Shown: in pieces, positions 9,738 through 19,417 of the stretch
How the letters are laid out: every line of letters starts with the position of its first letter
How positions within the stretch are numbered: the first letter of the stretch is position 1
Assembly (NCBI GenBank): GCA_016187515.1
Contig: JACPJN010000009.1
Location: 68,891-132,890, forward strand
Direction of reading: 5' to 3'
DNA length: 64,000 nucleotides
From: Candidatus Uhrbacteria bacterium
Lineage (GTDB): Bacteria > Patescibacteriota > Patescibacteriia > GWA2-47-26
Notes under the pieces: model-generated
Seen by the model: only the letters and a program-made list of their open reading frames with translations
What the model was told of the DNA's origin: nothing
Databases searched by the model: none
Made by a program: the position numbers and the translations under genes

Positions 9738-11072
9738 ATGTCGTACCTTTACAAAGTACTGTTCGTTTTCATGCTCGTCGGCGGATGCGGCGGAGTTGAG
9801 GAAGAAATTGATGGAGAAGGTTGGCAACGTGATCCGCTCGGAACTACTGAGAACCTGGTTTCTACGTGCGAGGAGTGCACCAATGTAGTCGCGATTGCGG
9901 TTGCAGCAACAATCGCCGCGGGATACGTTATCGGCCCGGGAGACGAGGCAACCGCTATATTTATGGGATTCGTTGCCTACCAACTCGTGACTCTCCAAAT
10001 TCCCGTCGAGTACGTTGCACAAGCTATACCCATCGCAATACAGCTTATCACCAATGGATTACGTGATGTCGTCGCGGTCATCTCCATGGCGCTATGTCGC
10101 GATACGCTGGCACTCTGTGAACCAATCCCGACACTGGATGAAACCGATTCGTCGGAAGATGTGGCGGTCGAACTCCAACCATGCACACCGAACTGGTCAT
10201 GCAACGCCTGGAGTGAGTGTGTGTTTCCGGGATTCCGCAGCCGCCTTTGTACAGATCTTGCCGGATGCGCGGGAACACCCCCGGTCGGCGCCACCTCAAC
10301 CACGCAAACCGAGCCGTGCGATCCTTGCGGCAATGGTTCGTGCGAGGACGGCGAAACCTGCACGAGTTGTCCGGCTGACTGCGGCACATGTCCCCCGCCG
10401 ACTTGCACACCGGCATGGAGCTGCAGCGGATGGTCAGCATGCTCATGTTCTGGCACCAGAACACGCACCTGCGCCGATCTCAATTCTTGCGGCACTGCCA
10501 CGGGACGCCCATCCATTACCTCTAGATGCGTGGTCTGTGGCAATGGCTCGTGCGATTGCGGCGAAACCTGCGCGAGTTGCTCTGGTGACTGCGGCGTTTG
10601 TCCGCCGCCGCCCTCTTGCACTTGCGCCGATGGGGATCGCGACGGACACTATGATCCGACCCGGTGCGGCGATTCCCGGTGCTCTCCTCGCGATGACTGC
10701 AACGACAGCAACGCGGCAATCTATGCCGGGGCGCCCGAGATCTGCAACGGCCTGGATGATAACTGTAATGGCACTGTTGACGAAAGTGGCGTATGTCCGC
10801 CGCCTGATCCAGAACCAGATCCTCCGGGGACCGGTGAAATTTGCGGTAACGACACGGACGACAATGGCAACGGCGACCCCTGGGACGGCTGCGAATGCCG
10901 CCCAATCTACGGCCAAAGTACGCGCTGTGTTGACGGGCGCTACTATGAGGCGTGCAATCGCGGCAACTGGCGCCGCGATAATGACTGCCTGGAATTCTGG
11001 CAATGTCCAGGGCGCGGCATCTGCGTCTTCCTGACCCGGCCGGATCCTTACGCCCAGTGTATTTGTCCCTGA
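9738..11072 (+). CDS. Cys-rich exported/lipoprotein with TSP1-like and MopE-like repeats
   Basis: AAGGAGG RBS, LVGGC lipobox-like, 2x WSCxxWSxC, 2x CGNGSCxxGETCxSC, DCNDSNAAIYAGAPEICNGLDDNCNGTVDE. Confidence 0.8.
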   Translation: MSYLYKVLFVFMLVGGCGGVEEEIDGEGWQRDPLGTTENLVSTCEECTNVVAIAVAATIAAGYVIGPGDEATAIFMGFVAYQLVTLQIPVEYVAQAIPIAIQLITNGLRDVVAVISMALCRDTLALCEPIPTLDETDSSEDVAVELQPCTPNWSCNAWSECVFPGFRSRLCTDLAGCAGTPPVGATSTTQTEPCDPCGNGSCEDGETCTSCPADCGTCPPPTCTPAWSCSGWSACSCSGTRTRTCADLNSCGTATGRPSITSRCVVCGNGSCDCGETCASCSGDCGVCPPPPSCTCADGDRDGHYDPTRCGDSRCSPRDDCNDSNAAIYAGAPEICNGLDDNCNGTVDESGVCPPPDPEPDPPGTGEICGNDTDDNGNGDPWDGCECRPIYGQSTRCVDGRYYEACNRGNWRRDNDCLEFWQCPGRGICVFLTRPDPYAQCICP

Positions 11073-11194
11073 AGTGCTTTTGCGAGTCCTTTCGCGGGAC
11101 GCGGAACCAACCTCCGCCATCCCGCTTTTTTAATAGGGAAATATAAAAAACAAGCGGTGTCCTCTCCACACCGCTTACGAACAATAATCGCCTT

Positions 11195-11944
11195 TCACTG
11201 TGGCGCGCTGAAGTTCGGACCGGGCCAGTACCAGTCCGTCCCCAGGGCGTTTTCTCGGAGTATTCCTTGCGTCTGAAGCGCGCGCATAATCCGCGCGGTC
11301 TCGGAGCTGATCCAATCCGAGGATTGCGCGACAACGTGCGTCCTAATCAATTCCGCAAGGTCCCGACCGTTCAGGGGCCAGGTAATCTCCCCGCTTTTCG
11401 CGAGCTTGCGAAGATCCTCACAGACCAGCGTAAACGCATCGGCTACCCGGTGCTCAATTCGGGGCAACTCTTGCGGATCCGCCAATCTTGGCCCGGGCTG
11501 CGGAACCAATTTTGCGGTAGGGGCGGCCGCAGCACCTTCCGCCGCTTCGCTTGCCTTTCGCGGCCGCCCCCGCTTCCTGGCGCGCACCCCTTGACGAATT
11601 GCCTCCGCCAATGCGGGCGCGCTTACGCCGGCTTGAAAGACCTCTTCAAAAAGCGAGGCCGTGAGCGGATGCAGAGGATCGCCCGGCTGCTCACACACAA
11701 ACAAAGCGCCCTTTTGAATCAGATCCTCAACAATGGCCTGCGCAATTGTATATTCCGCGCCAGCGGTCTCCCTGGTCGCCCGCGCCACCGCTTGAATTAC
11801 TTCCTCCCGCGGCGCCGGCCAGCGCCGAATGAATCGCAGTTCATTCAGCGCGTCGCGCATTATCTCATCGCGCCCCATTATGTCACGCAGGTCCCTCGCC
11901 AACGCCTCTGCTCCGGGGTTGGTGTCATTCATGGTGTCATTCAT
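11195..11944 (-). CDS. Hypothetical protein with AT-hook-like RKRGRPRK
   Basis: Long ORF with upstream promoter and downstream hairpin/T-tract (11143-11178). Confidence 0.65.
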   Translation of the reverse strand: MNDTMNDTNPGAEALARDLRDIMGRDEIMRDALNELRFIRRWPAPREEVIQAVARATRETAGAEYTIAQAIVEDLIQKGALFVCEQPGDPLHPLTASLFEEVFQAGVSAPALAEAIRQGVRARKRGRPRKASEAAEGAAAAPTAKLVPQPGPRLADPQELPRIEHRVADAFTLVCEDLRKLAKSGEITWPLNGRDLAELIRTHVVAQSSDWISSETARIMRALQTQGILRENALGTDWYWPGPNFSAPQ

Positions 11945-11989
11945 GGTGAACCTCGGCGTAATTTGGTTGGAAATGAACAAACCACCCAC

Positions 11990-12018
11990 ATCATAATACC
12001 GCGCTTAAGAAAAGTCAA
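11990..12018 (-). promoter_or_regulatory. Sigma70-type promoter
   Basis: TTGACT-17 nt-TATGAT on minus strand. Confidence 0.65.
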
Positions 12019-12115
12019 ACCCGCCGTTATTGAAGAGTATGCAAAAACCGATAGGCATAGCAAAAAAAGTGGCCATCGCGGGGATGACCACTGGGGGCGG
12101 TTGCTGACGACCGAG

Positions 12116-12265
12116 TTACCGGTCGATCCAGCCGGGCTTCCGCTCGCGCTTGCAGTTGGGACAGCAGGGATAACCGGTGTTCTCCCGGCATGCCTGCCTG
12201 CCGTGCCTGCGGCAACCTTCGCACAGGCCGGTCCCGTTGCACTGACTGCAGATTTCTCGGGCCAT
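12116..12265 (-). CDS. Small CxxCxGxG zinc-finger protein (49 aa)
   Basis: AAGGAG RBS; MAREICSQCNGTGLCEGC...CCPNC. Confidence 0.65.
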   Translation of the reverse strand: MAREICSQCNGTGLCEGCRRHGRQACRENTGYPCCPNCKRERKPGWIDR

Positions 12266-12320
12266 GTTCTTTCTCCTTGTTTTGCGCTCAATGAGCGCGT
12301 TATTCCGCGGATTCCTCGCG

Positions 12321-12527
12321 CTACGGCCCGCCTTCGTCGCCGGTCCAAGGCGTATAGTCGCTGCGCGTGTTGTCCTGCCCCCCGATCGTGAATCCATCAA
12401 GCGAGTGGTGGGCTTCGAGCACACACCGCTGCTCCCGCGGGTCGTAGATGCACGCGGGTTTTACCGGAGTGGGCAGGACCTCTCCGAAGTGAAGCGAGAA
12501 GGGTTTTGTGGTTTCTGTGATTGGCAT
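12321..12527 (-). CDS. Putative graspetide precursor peptide 2
   Basis: KPFSLHFGE and YDPREQ leader motifs; T/S/D/E-rich C-terminus; AAGGAG RBS. Confidence 0.7.
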   Translation of the reverse strand: MPITETTKPFSLHFGEVLPTPVKPACIYDPREQRCVLEAHHSLDGFTIGGQDNTRSDYTPWTGDEGGP

Positions 12528-12548
12528 GTGGATTTCTCCTTTTTGTGG

Positions 12549-12782
12549 CTAGTCGTTACGCGTAACATACTGATCGTCGTAGTCCTCGTAGCCGGTTAGT
12601 CCACTGTAGGATGTGGTACTGTTCTGGAACGACTGACTCTTCATGGTACCGGCAAAGAGCTCTCCTCCTTCCTCGCACTGGGTTACCGGATCGTACCGAT
12701 GCGTCGGCGCCGGCATCGGTTCCACCGCTTCCATGAAGTGGAAGAGGAAAGGACGCCGTGGGTTCGCGTTCGTCGCGTTCAT
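12549..12782 (-). CDS. Putative graspetide precursor peptide 1
   Basis: RPFLFHFME and YDPVTQ leader motifs; core TMKSQSFQNSTTSYSGLTGYEDYDD. Confidence 0.8.
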   Translation of the reverse strand: MNATNANPRRPFLFHFMEAVEPMPAPTHRYDPVTQCEEGGELFAGTMKSQSFQNSTTSYSGLTGYEDYDDQYVTRND

Positions 12783-12794
12783 TGTTGACCCCGT

Positions 12795-13031
12795 TCAGTC
12801 CGCTGATGCGGCATCGAGGAAGTCAAGATGCCCGCTTCCTCCGCAGCGCCCACATTCCGCGCTCTCGGTGCTCTGGCTTCGGATAACATACTCGGATTGT
12901 TTGCGGGAGATGCGACCGAGCCCTGCGCACGTCGGGCACTTGTATCTCCCGCGATCAGGACACCCGGAATCCTGACACAGTTTCAACGGCGGTCCAAAGG
13001 GGTTGAACGCAGCGATGATTTTTCCGATCAT
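12795..13031 (-). CDS. Small DnaJ-type CxxCxGxG zinc-finger protein
   Basis: CPTCAGLG, CGRCGGSG; start overlaps ATP-grasp stop, GGAGG upstream. Confidence 0.7.
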   Translation of the reverse strand: MIGKIIAAFNPFGPPLKLCQDSGCPDRGRYKCPTCAGLGRISRKQSEYVIRSQSTESAECGRCGGSGHLDFLDAASAD

Positions 13032-14005
13032 GTTGCACCTCCTTGTTTCCACGCAAGAAGCTCAACCAACGCATCCGTCATTGGAAGCTTTGTGAGCTCC
13101 TCAAGCCAAAGCCATTGACCGTTAGGGTTGATTTCAAGAAACACCCACTCACCGTCCGGAGTAAAGATAAGATCAATCGCCCCGAAATTGAGTCCGTATC
13201 GGCGCACCATCTCACGACAACGCGCCTCCACTTCAGATGGCAAGGTAATCGCGCTGTGTAGGGTATGCTCAAAGTCATAGTGACGCCAATCGATCCTTGT
13301 CTTCTCGCTTTCCTGCGAGTCAATCCGCACCGCGAACACCTTATCTCCGATGATCGTTACCCGCGCCTCGTACTGCTTATCCACATACTGCTGGAACAAG
13401 TGCGGCGCAAAACGAATCGTGTCTGCATGCGAAAGAGCATCTTCGCCCACCACGCTCGTGAAAATCGCCGTATCCAGCGGAATCGTCGCCGGCCCACGGC
13501 CAGCGATTTTCACGATCACGCGCCCCTGATGCGCACTCCAAAATCCGCGAAACGTTTCCGGATTGTTGGTGACAAGCGTCTCGGGCGTCTGAAATCCCAG
13601 TTCACGCGCGAGCATGAGCTGGTGCAGTTTGTATTGTGCGGCGTGAAGCGCGTCTGGATGACTGACCCAGACGATGTCCGAAAGACACCTATACAGTCCT
13701 TGCAGGACGTAATGGCACTCGTCGCGCACAAAGGTCTGGACACCAGCGTCAACGATCTCGTCATGAACGACTGCATCCGAAGGCCGCCGATACCAACACG
13801 ATCGAATACAATCCGGCGTCAGCGTGCGCCCGTGATAGCGCAGTTCCCATTGTTCACCACGCCATTCAACCATGATCTCGCGCGGTAAATCCTCGGTATT
13901 GAGACGAAATACCGGAATGTCGCGCTCGTTGAATACTTTGATTACACGACTCGCATGCTCATCGTAACGGTTCGTTACGATAAGCACCGTATCCCGTGCT
14001 CTCAT
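13028..14005 (-). CDS. MvdC/MvdD-type ATP-grasp peptide maturase
   Basis: WYRRP, KLHQL..A..LGF..PETLVTN, FQQYVDKQYEARVT, IDWR, FGAIDLI, FLEINPNGQWLW. Confidence 0.92.
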   Translation of the reverse strand: MRARDTVLIVTNRYDEHASRVIKVFNERDIPVFRLNTEDLPREIMVEWRGEQWELRYHGRTLTPDCIRSCWYRRPSDAVVHDEIVDAGVQTFVRDECHYVLQGLYRCLSDIVWVSHPDALHAAQYKLHQLMLARELGFQTPETLVTNNPETFRGFWSAHQGRVIVKIAGRGPATIPLDTAIFTSVVGEDALSHADTIRFAPHLFQQYVDKQYEARVTIIGDKVFAVRIDSQESEKTRIDWRHYDFEHTLHSAITLPSEVEARCREMVRRYGLNFGAIDLIFTPDGEWVFLEINPNGQWLWLEELTKLPMTDALVELLAWKQGGAT

Positions 14006-14186
14006 GATTTCTCCTTGGTTTGTCAAAGAGCGGAATGCTCTTCAACTGTTGCAGGTGTTTCAGCCCTTGTCTTTCCTTATCATCCTTCTTCGCGCCGATG
14101 AAACATAGATACAAGGAAAGACAACGAGTGAAAACGAAAATCCACCGAAACTTTCCGGTGGACTCTCAAGAAACTATCTCCCTTTT

Positions 14187-15053
14187 TCATTTTTTCTTTT
14201 TCTCCCTCGACTTTCCGGCCATCTGCCAGGCCATTTCGAAAAGAAGTTTCATCACTTCGAAGACCGGACCGCCGCGCACTATCAAGCCAACCATCTCTCC
14301 TCCTTTCCAGGCAAACGCGACCTCCTTGCCATAAATATATACCGCGCACGCGAAATGCAGATCCGGGGGCAAATAACGTGTTTCTCGATTTTCCTTTTTA
14401 TCGCGCTCGTGAAGACGCGCCGCAAAGAGTTCGCGGGCATGAAGACACCGCGCCTTGATTCCACGCTTCACCCGTTCCGGAATGTAAATCATCTCGTCGT
14501 AATCCGGATCATTGGCAGGATGAAAAAAATCCGTCGCCTCAATATAATAGTTTGTCGATCCCGCCGGCACGTCTAAGCTTCGCTCCGCTATCCGCTCCAT
14601 CACTTCATCACCGCGCAAAACCATCAACCCTTCAAAATTCACTCGCGAAGTTCCTTCCTGATCACCGGCACAGGCCAACAATTTAGGAATAATATCCTCA
14701 ATCCGCCAGCGTACCTTGGTGGCGAACTTTTGATGTCCTTGCGCGAGCGCTTGAAGATTTTCAAGCGGTGCAGGATATATCAGACGACTGGCGCGCATCC
14801 CTTCCTGCACGATCAATCCCTGTTCAACCAGTCGCTTAATTGCTCCATACGCATTAACCCGATGTACATGCGCGCGCCGCGCAACATTGTTGATATTCGC
14901 CGGACCTAAACTTAGGGATGCCAGATAGCACTTTACTTCATTCCTTGAGAGACCTAATTTTTCAAGGAGCGCGATAATGCTCCGATCGCGCATGAGGTCT
15001 TCAGTTTCTGGCGTTTTGTTTTTCCGGACTATTGAAGTATTATCGTCTGCCAT
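14187..15053 (-). CDS. TrmB-family transcriptional regulator, paralog of 8702-9547
   Basis: LEKLGLSRNEVKCYLA, RVNAYGAIKRL, IYGKEVA; start uncertain. Confidence 0.8.
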   Translation of the reverse strand: MADDNTSIVRKNKTPETEDLMRDRSIIALLEKLGLSRNEVKCYLASLSLGPANINNVARRAHVHRVNAYGAIKRLVEQGLIVQEGMRASRLIYPAPLENLQALAQGHQKFATKVRWRIEDIIPKLLACAGDQEGTSRVNFEGLMVLRGDEVMERIAERSLDVPAGSTNYYIEATDFFHPANDPDYDEMIYIPERVKRGIKARCLHARELFAARLHERDKKENRETRYLPPDLHFACAVYIYGKEVAFAWKGGEMVGLIVRGGPVFEVMKLLFEMAWQMAGKSREKKKK

Positions 15054-15260
15054 AAGCGTATGATAGCGCGGGATACTAGTCAAAATTTTTGCTGCCCAAT
15101 TCCTTAGTGGCCAGCCAAAGCCCAATAGCCACGGAGAAATTTAACCCTTATGGTTGTAGTATAGCATGCTACAACAGTGATATACAAAAGCGGTGCGCTC
15201 TTTTTGAACGCACGCGCCAACTGCGCCCCAATTCGGGCGTCTAGGGATTAGTAGTAAAGG

Positions 15261-15282
15261 ACCCCGTGGCAAGCCACGGGGC
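15261..15282. repeat. IS200/IS605-end-like hairpin
   Basis: CCCCGTGGCAAGCCACGGGG; no transposase nearby. Confidence 0.45.
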
Positions 15283-15338
15283 ATTGAATGGAGCGAGCTA
15301 CGCTCGCTCATACGCCCCGACCGCGGTCGGGGCGGCAT

Positions 15339-15728
15339 TCAACCTTTGATCCCGCGGCGTTCGTCGGAAATGTCCTCCGATCGGAATCGGAGTCCATTTC
15401 TCGCCTCACTTGCGGGAGTAATTTTTTCAATCCTTACCTTAGTAAACTCTTGCCGATGTCCTTTTTTCCTCTTGTACCGCACCTTGCGCTTGTATTTGAT
15501 AACCGTTACTTTCGGCGCCCGCCCCTGCTCTAAAATCGCGGCCTCAACTTTTGCGCCGGCCACGGTTGGCGTTCCCACTTTCACTTCCCCGCCATTGGCA
15601 TCGCCCATCAGCAATACCTGATCAAACACCGCCTGATCACCTTGATTTCCGGGCAGCTTTTCTACTTTAAGAATCGTCCCCGCTTGCACAATATACTGTT
15701 TCCCTCCGGTTTTGATGACAGCGATCAT
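15339..15728 (-). CDS. rplU: 50S ribosomal protein L21 with C-terminal extension
   Basis: MIAVIKTGGKQY, VGTPTV, KKGHRQ. Confidence 0.97.
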   Translation of the reverse strand: MIAVIKTGGKQYIVQAGTILKVEKLPGNQGDQAVFDQVLLMGDANGGEVKVGTPTVAGAKVEAAILEQGRAPKVTVIKYKRKVRYKRKKGHRQEFTKVRIEKITPASEARNGLRFRSEDISDERRGIKG

Positions 15729-15744
15729 ATAGCATGGATGGTTA

Positions 15745-15800
15745 CCCTCACCGCGTTCCTCTCCCCAAGGGAGAGGATGGCCGCAGGCCAGGTGAGGGGG
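15745..15800. repeat. Family A-related palindrome in rplU leader
   Basis: CCCTCACC..CCTCTCCCCAAGGGAGAGG..GGTGAGGGG. Confidence 0.75.
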
Positions 15801-15824
15801 CAATGGAATTACGAGTGGGAAAAT

Positions 15825-15853
15825 TCTACCATACCCCCGGAATCCTGTCAAAC
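15825..15853 (-). promoter_or_regulatory. Sigma70-type promoter of rplU
   Basis: TTGACA-17 nt-TAGAAT. Confidence 0.7.
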
Positions 15854-15934
15854 AACAATGTACACCGCAAAAAAAACCGGTTCGTTGAGCTACGAACCGG
15901 TACGCGGCGCGGACGGACTTAGCCGTACTCGCGA

Positions 15935-17467
15935 TTAAGACGCCTTCAATGCGCGGTGGACATCCGGCTTGACGCCGTCAGCCCAAAAATCCTCCACATC
16001 AATCGGCGCGCGGCATCGCGTCTTAAGCGGCGGTCCGGTTCCCGCAAGCGTATATCCGCGGCGAAGCCGACTCGCGCGCCAAGCCGTTTCCGTAAGAGTT
16101 CTGTAGACATTGCGCAAGACCCGGTCCGGACGGAACCCGATGGACCTCGCCAGCGCCATCTCCGCGAACTTTCCTTCGGAAAGATCTCCAAACCAGTAAG
16201 CGCGCGCCAGAATCCGGCCGCGCGGGCTAAAGAAATTCTGGCGATCAATCTCCAGGAGTTCGCCGCGCGGGGATCGGCTCTCCAGATGCGTGAGCCAACT
16301 GCCAAACGCGTCCCAGGTGAAAACCCGTTCACCCCGCTGCGCTTCAATCGCGGCGCGCGCCGCGCTGCGCAGATACTCAATATCCGGCTCGGGCAAAACC
16401 GTCTTAACCAGACCGGCGCTGCGCATTTTTATGGTACTCTGCACCTGCGCTTGGCGGGCCATCTCTCTGACGATGCCAAACCGGCTGCCGATTTCTTCCA
16501 AACTCCAGCCCATCAGATGCAAAACCACAATCTCTCGTCCACGCGACTCAACATCATGCAAACGTTGGAGAAAAGCCGGACTAAGCAGTAACTCCGGAGA
16601 AACCTCAAATTTCGGCTCCGGATCAGCTGCCGCCTCGGCCAAACGATCGCCGACAGTCAGACCTTCACAGCCGCTTATCGGCGCCTCCAGCGAAACCTCG
16701 CGCAGCAGCATAGCATTCTCAATACTGCTGGCCAACTTCTCGGACACACCAAGCTTTTTCCTGATCTCTTCGCGCGTGGGTTTCCGACCAAGCCGTTGAC
16801 CAAGCGCTTTGGCCGTGAATTGGTACTGTACTATTGCATCCACCTTGTGCACCGGAATACGGACCGCCCTTTCCTTGTCTTTAAGCGCCCGGTAAATACC
16901 GGATCTGATCCACCAAGTGGCATAGGTTGAAAACTGAAATCCGCGGCCGGGTTCAAAGCGATCAAAGGCCCGCTCCAGTCCGAGCCATCCTTCCATAAAC
17001 AGGTCTTCCGCGCCCATGTGCCAGACCCGCCTTCTCCGCATTGCCCAGAAAACCAGTTTGGCAACCCATCTGGAGCACGAGATCAGCAGGCGCTCTCGCG
17101 CTTCTTTGTCGCCTTGCTGGCCGCGCCGGATCAGCTCCCGCTGCTCGTCACGCGACAGCCGAGGATTGTTGTCCAGTATGGCCCGCAGGCCCGGTGAAAA
17201 CTCCCGCTGTGTGCGCCGCTTCTCTGCGGCGCCCCAGGAGTCAAGATCAACGGCCTCCTTACCCTGCTCAAGGATCCGCTTATGCGAAACAATGGAAACG
17301 CGCTCGCTCAAAAGCGCGGCTCTGACCGCCTTGAGCGCCGCCGTTTGCACCGCTGGCAAAATCGTCCTGGGAAAGAGCGAACGGATGACCTCCTCCGAGA
17401 TCATGCCGCCCGCGCTATGGGCCAAGGCCTGCGCCTCAGCAACAATGTCCGCGTGCATGATCTCCAT
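15935..17467 (-). CDS. RpoD/RpoS-like sigma-70 factor with long C-terminal extension
   Basis: EDLFMEGWLGLERAFDRFEPGRGFQFSTYATWWIR, VRIPVH, VSLEAPI, SLEEIG. Confidence 0.88.
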   Translation of the reverse strand: MEIMHADIVAEAQALAHSAGGMISEEVIRSLFPRTILPAVQTAALKAVRAALLSERVSIVSHKRILEQGKEAVDLDSWGAAEKRRTQREFSPGLRAILDNNPRLSRDEQRELIRRGQQGDKEARERLLISCSRWVAKLVFWAMRRRRVWHMGAEDLFMEGWLGLERAFDRFEPGRGFQFSTYATWWIRSGIYRALKDKERAVRIPVHKVDAIVQYQFTAKALGQRLGRKPTREEIRKKLGVSEKLASSIENAMLLREVSLEAPISGCEGLTVGDRLAEAAADPEPKFEVSPELLLSPAFLQRLHDVESRGREIVVLHLMGWSLEEIGSRFGIVREMARQAQVQSTIKMRSAGLVKTVLPEPDIEYLRSAARAAIEAQRGERVFTWDAFGSWLTHLESRSPRGELLEIDRQNFFSPRGRILARAYWFGDLSEGKFAEMALARSIGFRPDRVLRNVYRTLTETAWRASRLRRGYTLAGTGPPLKTRCRAPIDVEDFWADGVKPDVHRALKAS

Positions 17468-18100
17468 TTTGCCCTCCGTTTTCGTTTTGCGTCAGAAAAC
17501 GCAAACTGCATTATACTACATCCTTCAAAAAATGCAAACTCCTTCCCAAAGAAAAACCGGACACGCGAGGCGTATCCGGGGCGCGGCGCGAACACCGCAA
17601 AACCAAAACAAAGAGCAAAACGGGAAAGGGGTTGGGCAGTGTGTTGACCTGCGGATTGTTTAAAGCCGCGGACCTGGGAATGGACAAACGCGGCTCAAGG
17701 AGAGCGGAGGTTTGGCAGACCTCCTCAATCCGCCACTGCGAGATTCCCTTACCCGAGCGAGATGCCTTCCGTCTCCAGGATGCGAGGCCCGGCTGCGGTA
17801 ATTTCCCGCTAATCTCAACGCTTGACGCGGCATGCGTACCCGCCCGGGCGCACCTTGCCGCATGGACGCGTTCCGGTCCGCCGACTTTCTTTCAAAGGCC
17901 GGCGAACGTCCCGCGCGCGCAGGACTACCATACACCTAGCCTTGAACCTGCCGTATTTCCCCACGCGCGCGCGTAAAGCGGATTAGGGCGGTTGACCCGA
18001 GTTACTTCTCGATCCGCCCCAGCCCGCAACAGTAGGTATAGTACCGCACTCACCATCCTGACGTCAAATGATCCGGACGCGCAAAATTAAAACTCCCCAG

Positions 18101-18937
18101 CTACGCGACAGGGAGTTCGCGGCAGTCCTCATCCTTACGCTTACGACGCGCGTTTAGCGAAACGACCGTAAGCAGCGGCGGCCAGCAAGCGGCCCAAAGC
18201 GCGCCCCTCCTCCTCTGCCCTTGGCGCATCGCGCAGTACATTGACATAATGCGCAAAAGACACGCCCGCGTCAGATATTCAATCTTATATTGCCCAACAC
18301 AGCCGTCCACAAACTCCTTAAACGCCGGGCGTTCATCTGCTGGCAAATGCACCAGAAAATTCTCCATCCTCTCCAGCGCTGGCGCGGAAATCCACTGCCG
18401 CACCGGCACATATCCTTCCCAACGCTCTTTCGGCGTCCGGCCATACACGGCCTGGTGAACTTGAAGCACGCGTCCGCCTTGGGGCACGCTGACATTCACT
18501 TCAAAGGCGGGGCCAAATTCTTCGCCCGCAAGCGCGCGGCCAAGCAGCGCGTAGAAAAGCGCGAGCAGAACGCATTCTTCGTACTCGCTTTGCGGAAACG
18601 GCGCTCCCAAGCGCGTGGTATAGCCGTTTTTCCCCGCGTACCATACCGCAAGCTCTACCAGGTCCGCCTCAATTTGCCGCGGCGTGAGCGGTTGGGAGCA
18701 ATCATGGTACAGGGAAGCGCGTAAAAACGATTGGCATCCCTTTTGCGACATATAATCCGTCATCTCGCGCATGGCGCTCCAGAGTGCAAACTGGGTAACT
18801 GGCGCAGGTAATTCCGGAGCCATCTCGCCAACATAGCGCTCCAGACCGCAGCGGCGCAAAACGCGCAAAGTCAAAGAACGAAAGAACTGCGGTCCGTAGA
18901 TACGGTACTGCGCGGCGTCTTTCAAACGACGGGACAT
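18101..18937 (-). CDS. Hypothetical protein
   Basis: 278-aa ORF, GAGGG upstream, follows receiver gene. Confidence 0.65.
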   Translation of the reverse strand: MSRRLKDAAQYRIYGPQFFRSLTLRVLRRCGLERYVGEMAPELPAPVTQFALWSAMREMTDYMSQKGCQSFLRASLYHDCSQPLTPRQIEADLVELAVWYAGKNGYTTRLGAPFPQSEYEECVLLALFYALLGRALAGEEFGPAFEVNVSVPQGGRVLQVHQAVYGRTPKERWEGYVPVRQWISAPALERMENFLVHLPADERPAFKEFVDGCVGQYKIEYLTRACLLRIMSMYCAMRQGQRRRGALWAACWPPLLTVVSLNARRKRKDEDCRELPVA

Positions 18938-18955
18938 GGTTTCCCTCTTTCTTGT

Positions 18956-19312
18956 TTAAGAAGACATCAGCAGTTGTGCGACAATTCCGCGGAGGCGTTC
19001 CGGGCCGGCGTTGAGCGTCGCGGATTTGTCCAGCGTCAAGTCCGCGCGGGAAAACGGCGGATCCGGATGGCCGGTCCAAAGAATGACGGGCAAACGCGGC
19101 CAGCGCTCTTTAATTCGTCCGGAAAACTCCGCTCCATTCATCCCGCCCATTTCCAAATCAGTAATCACGAGCGCAATCTCCGTTTGCTCAATACGCAGGA
19201 GCGCGACGCGCGCATCTTCCATGCCGACCACCTCATACAGATCGCCAAGCCACGCCCGCAAGGTCTTGATCCAATACAACTCGTCATCAACGCAAAGGAT
19301 GGTTTTTCGCAT
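18956..19312 (-). CDS. Stand-alone response regulator receiver
   Basis: ILCVDDE, VITDLEMGGMNG, PVILWTG; AGGAGG RBS. Confidence 0.88.
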   Translation of the reverse strand: MRKTILCVDDELYWIKTLRAWLGDLYEVVGMEDARVALLRIEQTEIALVITDLEMGGMNGAEFSGRIKERWPRLPVILWTGHPDPPFSRADLTLDKSATLNAGPERLRGIVAQLLMSS

Positions 19313-19417
19313 CAAGAGCACCTCCTGGAGTATTTCATCACAGACGCAACCGCCTGTCAACCGCGTAAATGAGAGGGTTGACGGGGATATAATTAGTTAG
19401 GCGATGTAATTTATTTT

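Noticed and set aside
10015-12391. Long alternative-frame ORFs (e.g. 10015-11034, 11267-12391; also 21287-22435, 24161-25018, 28678-29382)
   Set aside because: Shadow ORFs of GC-rich genes that have better RBS and motif support.
15729-15851. ORF-track N-terminal extensions of rplU (also uvrA, dinB, recR)
   Set aside because: Conserved N-termini start downstream; the extensions translate promoter or repeat DNA.
17480-18100. Possible gene or ncRNA between sigma factor and 18101
   Set aside because: Short ORFs without recognisable motifs or RBS; no structure I could assign.
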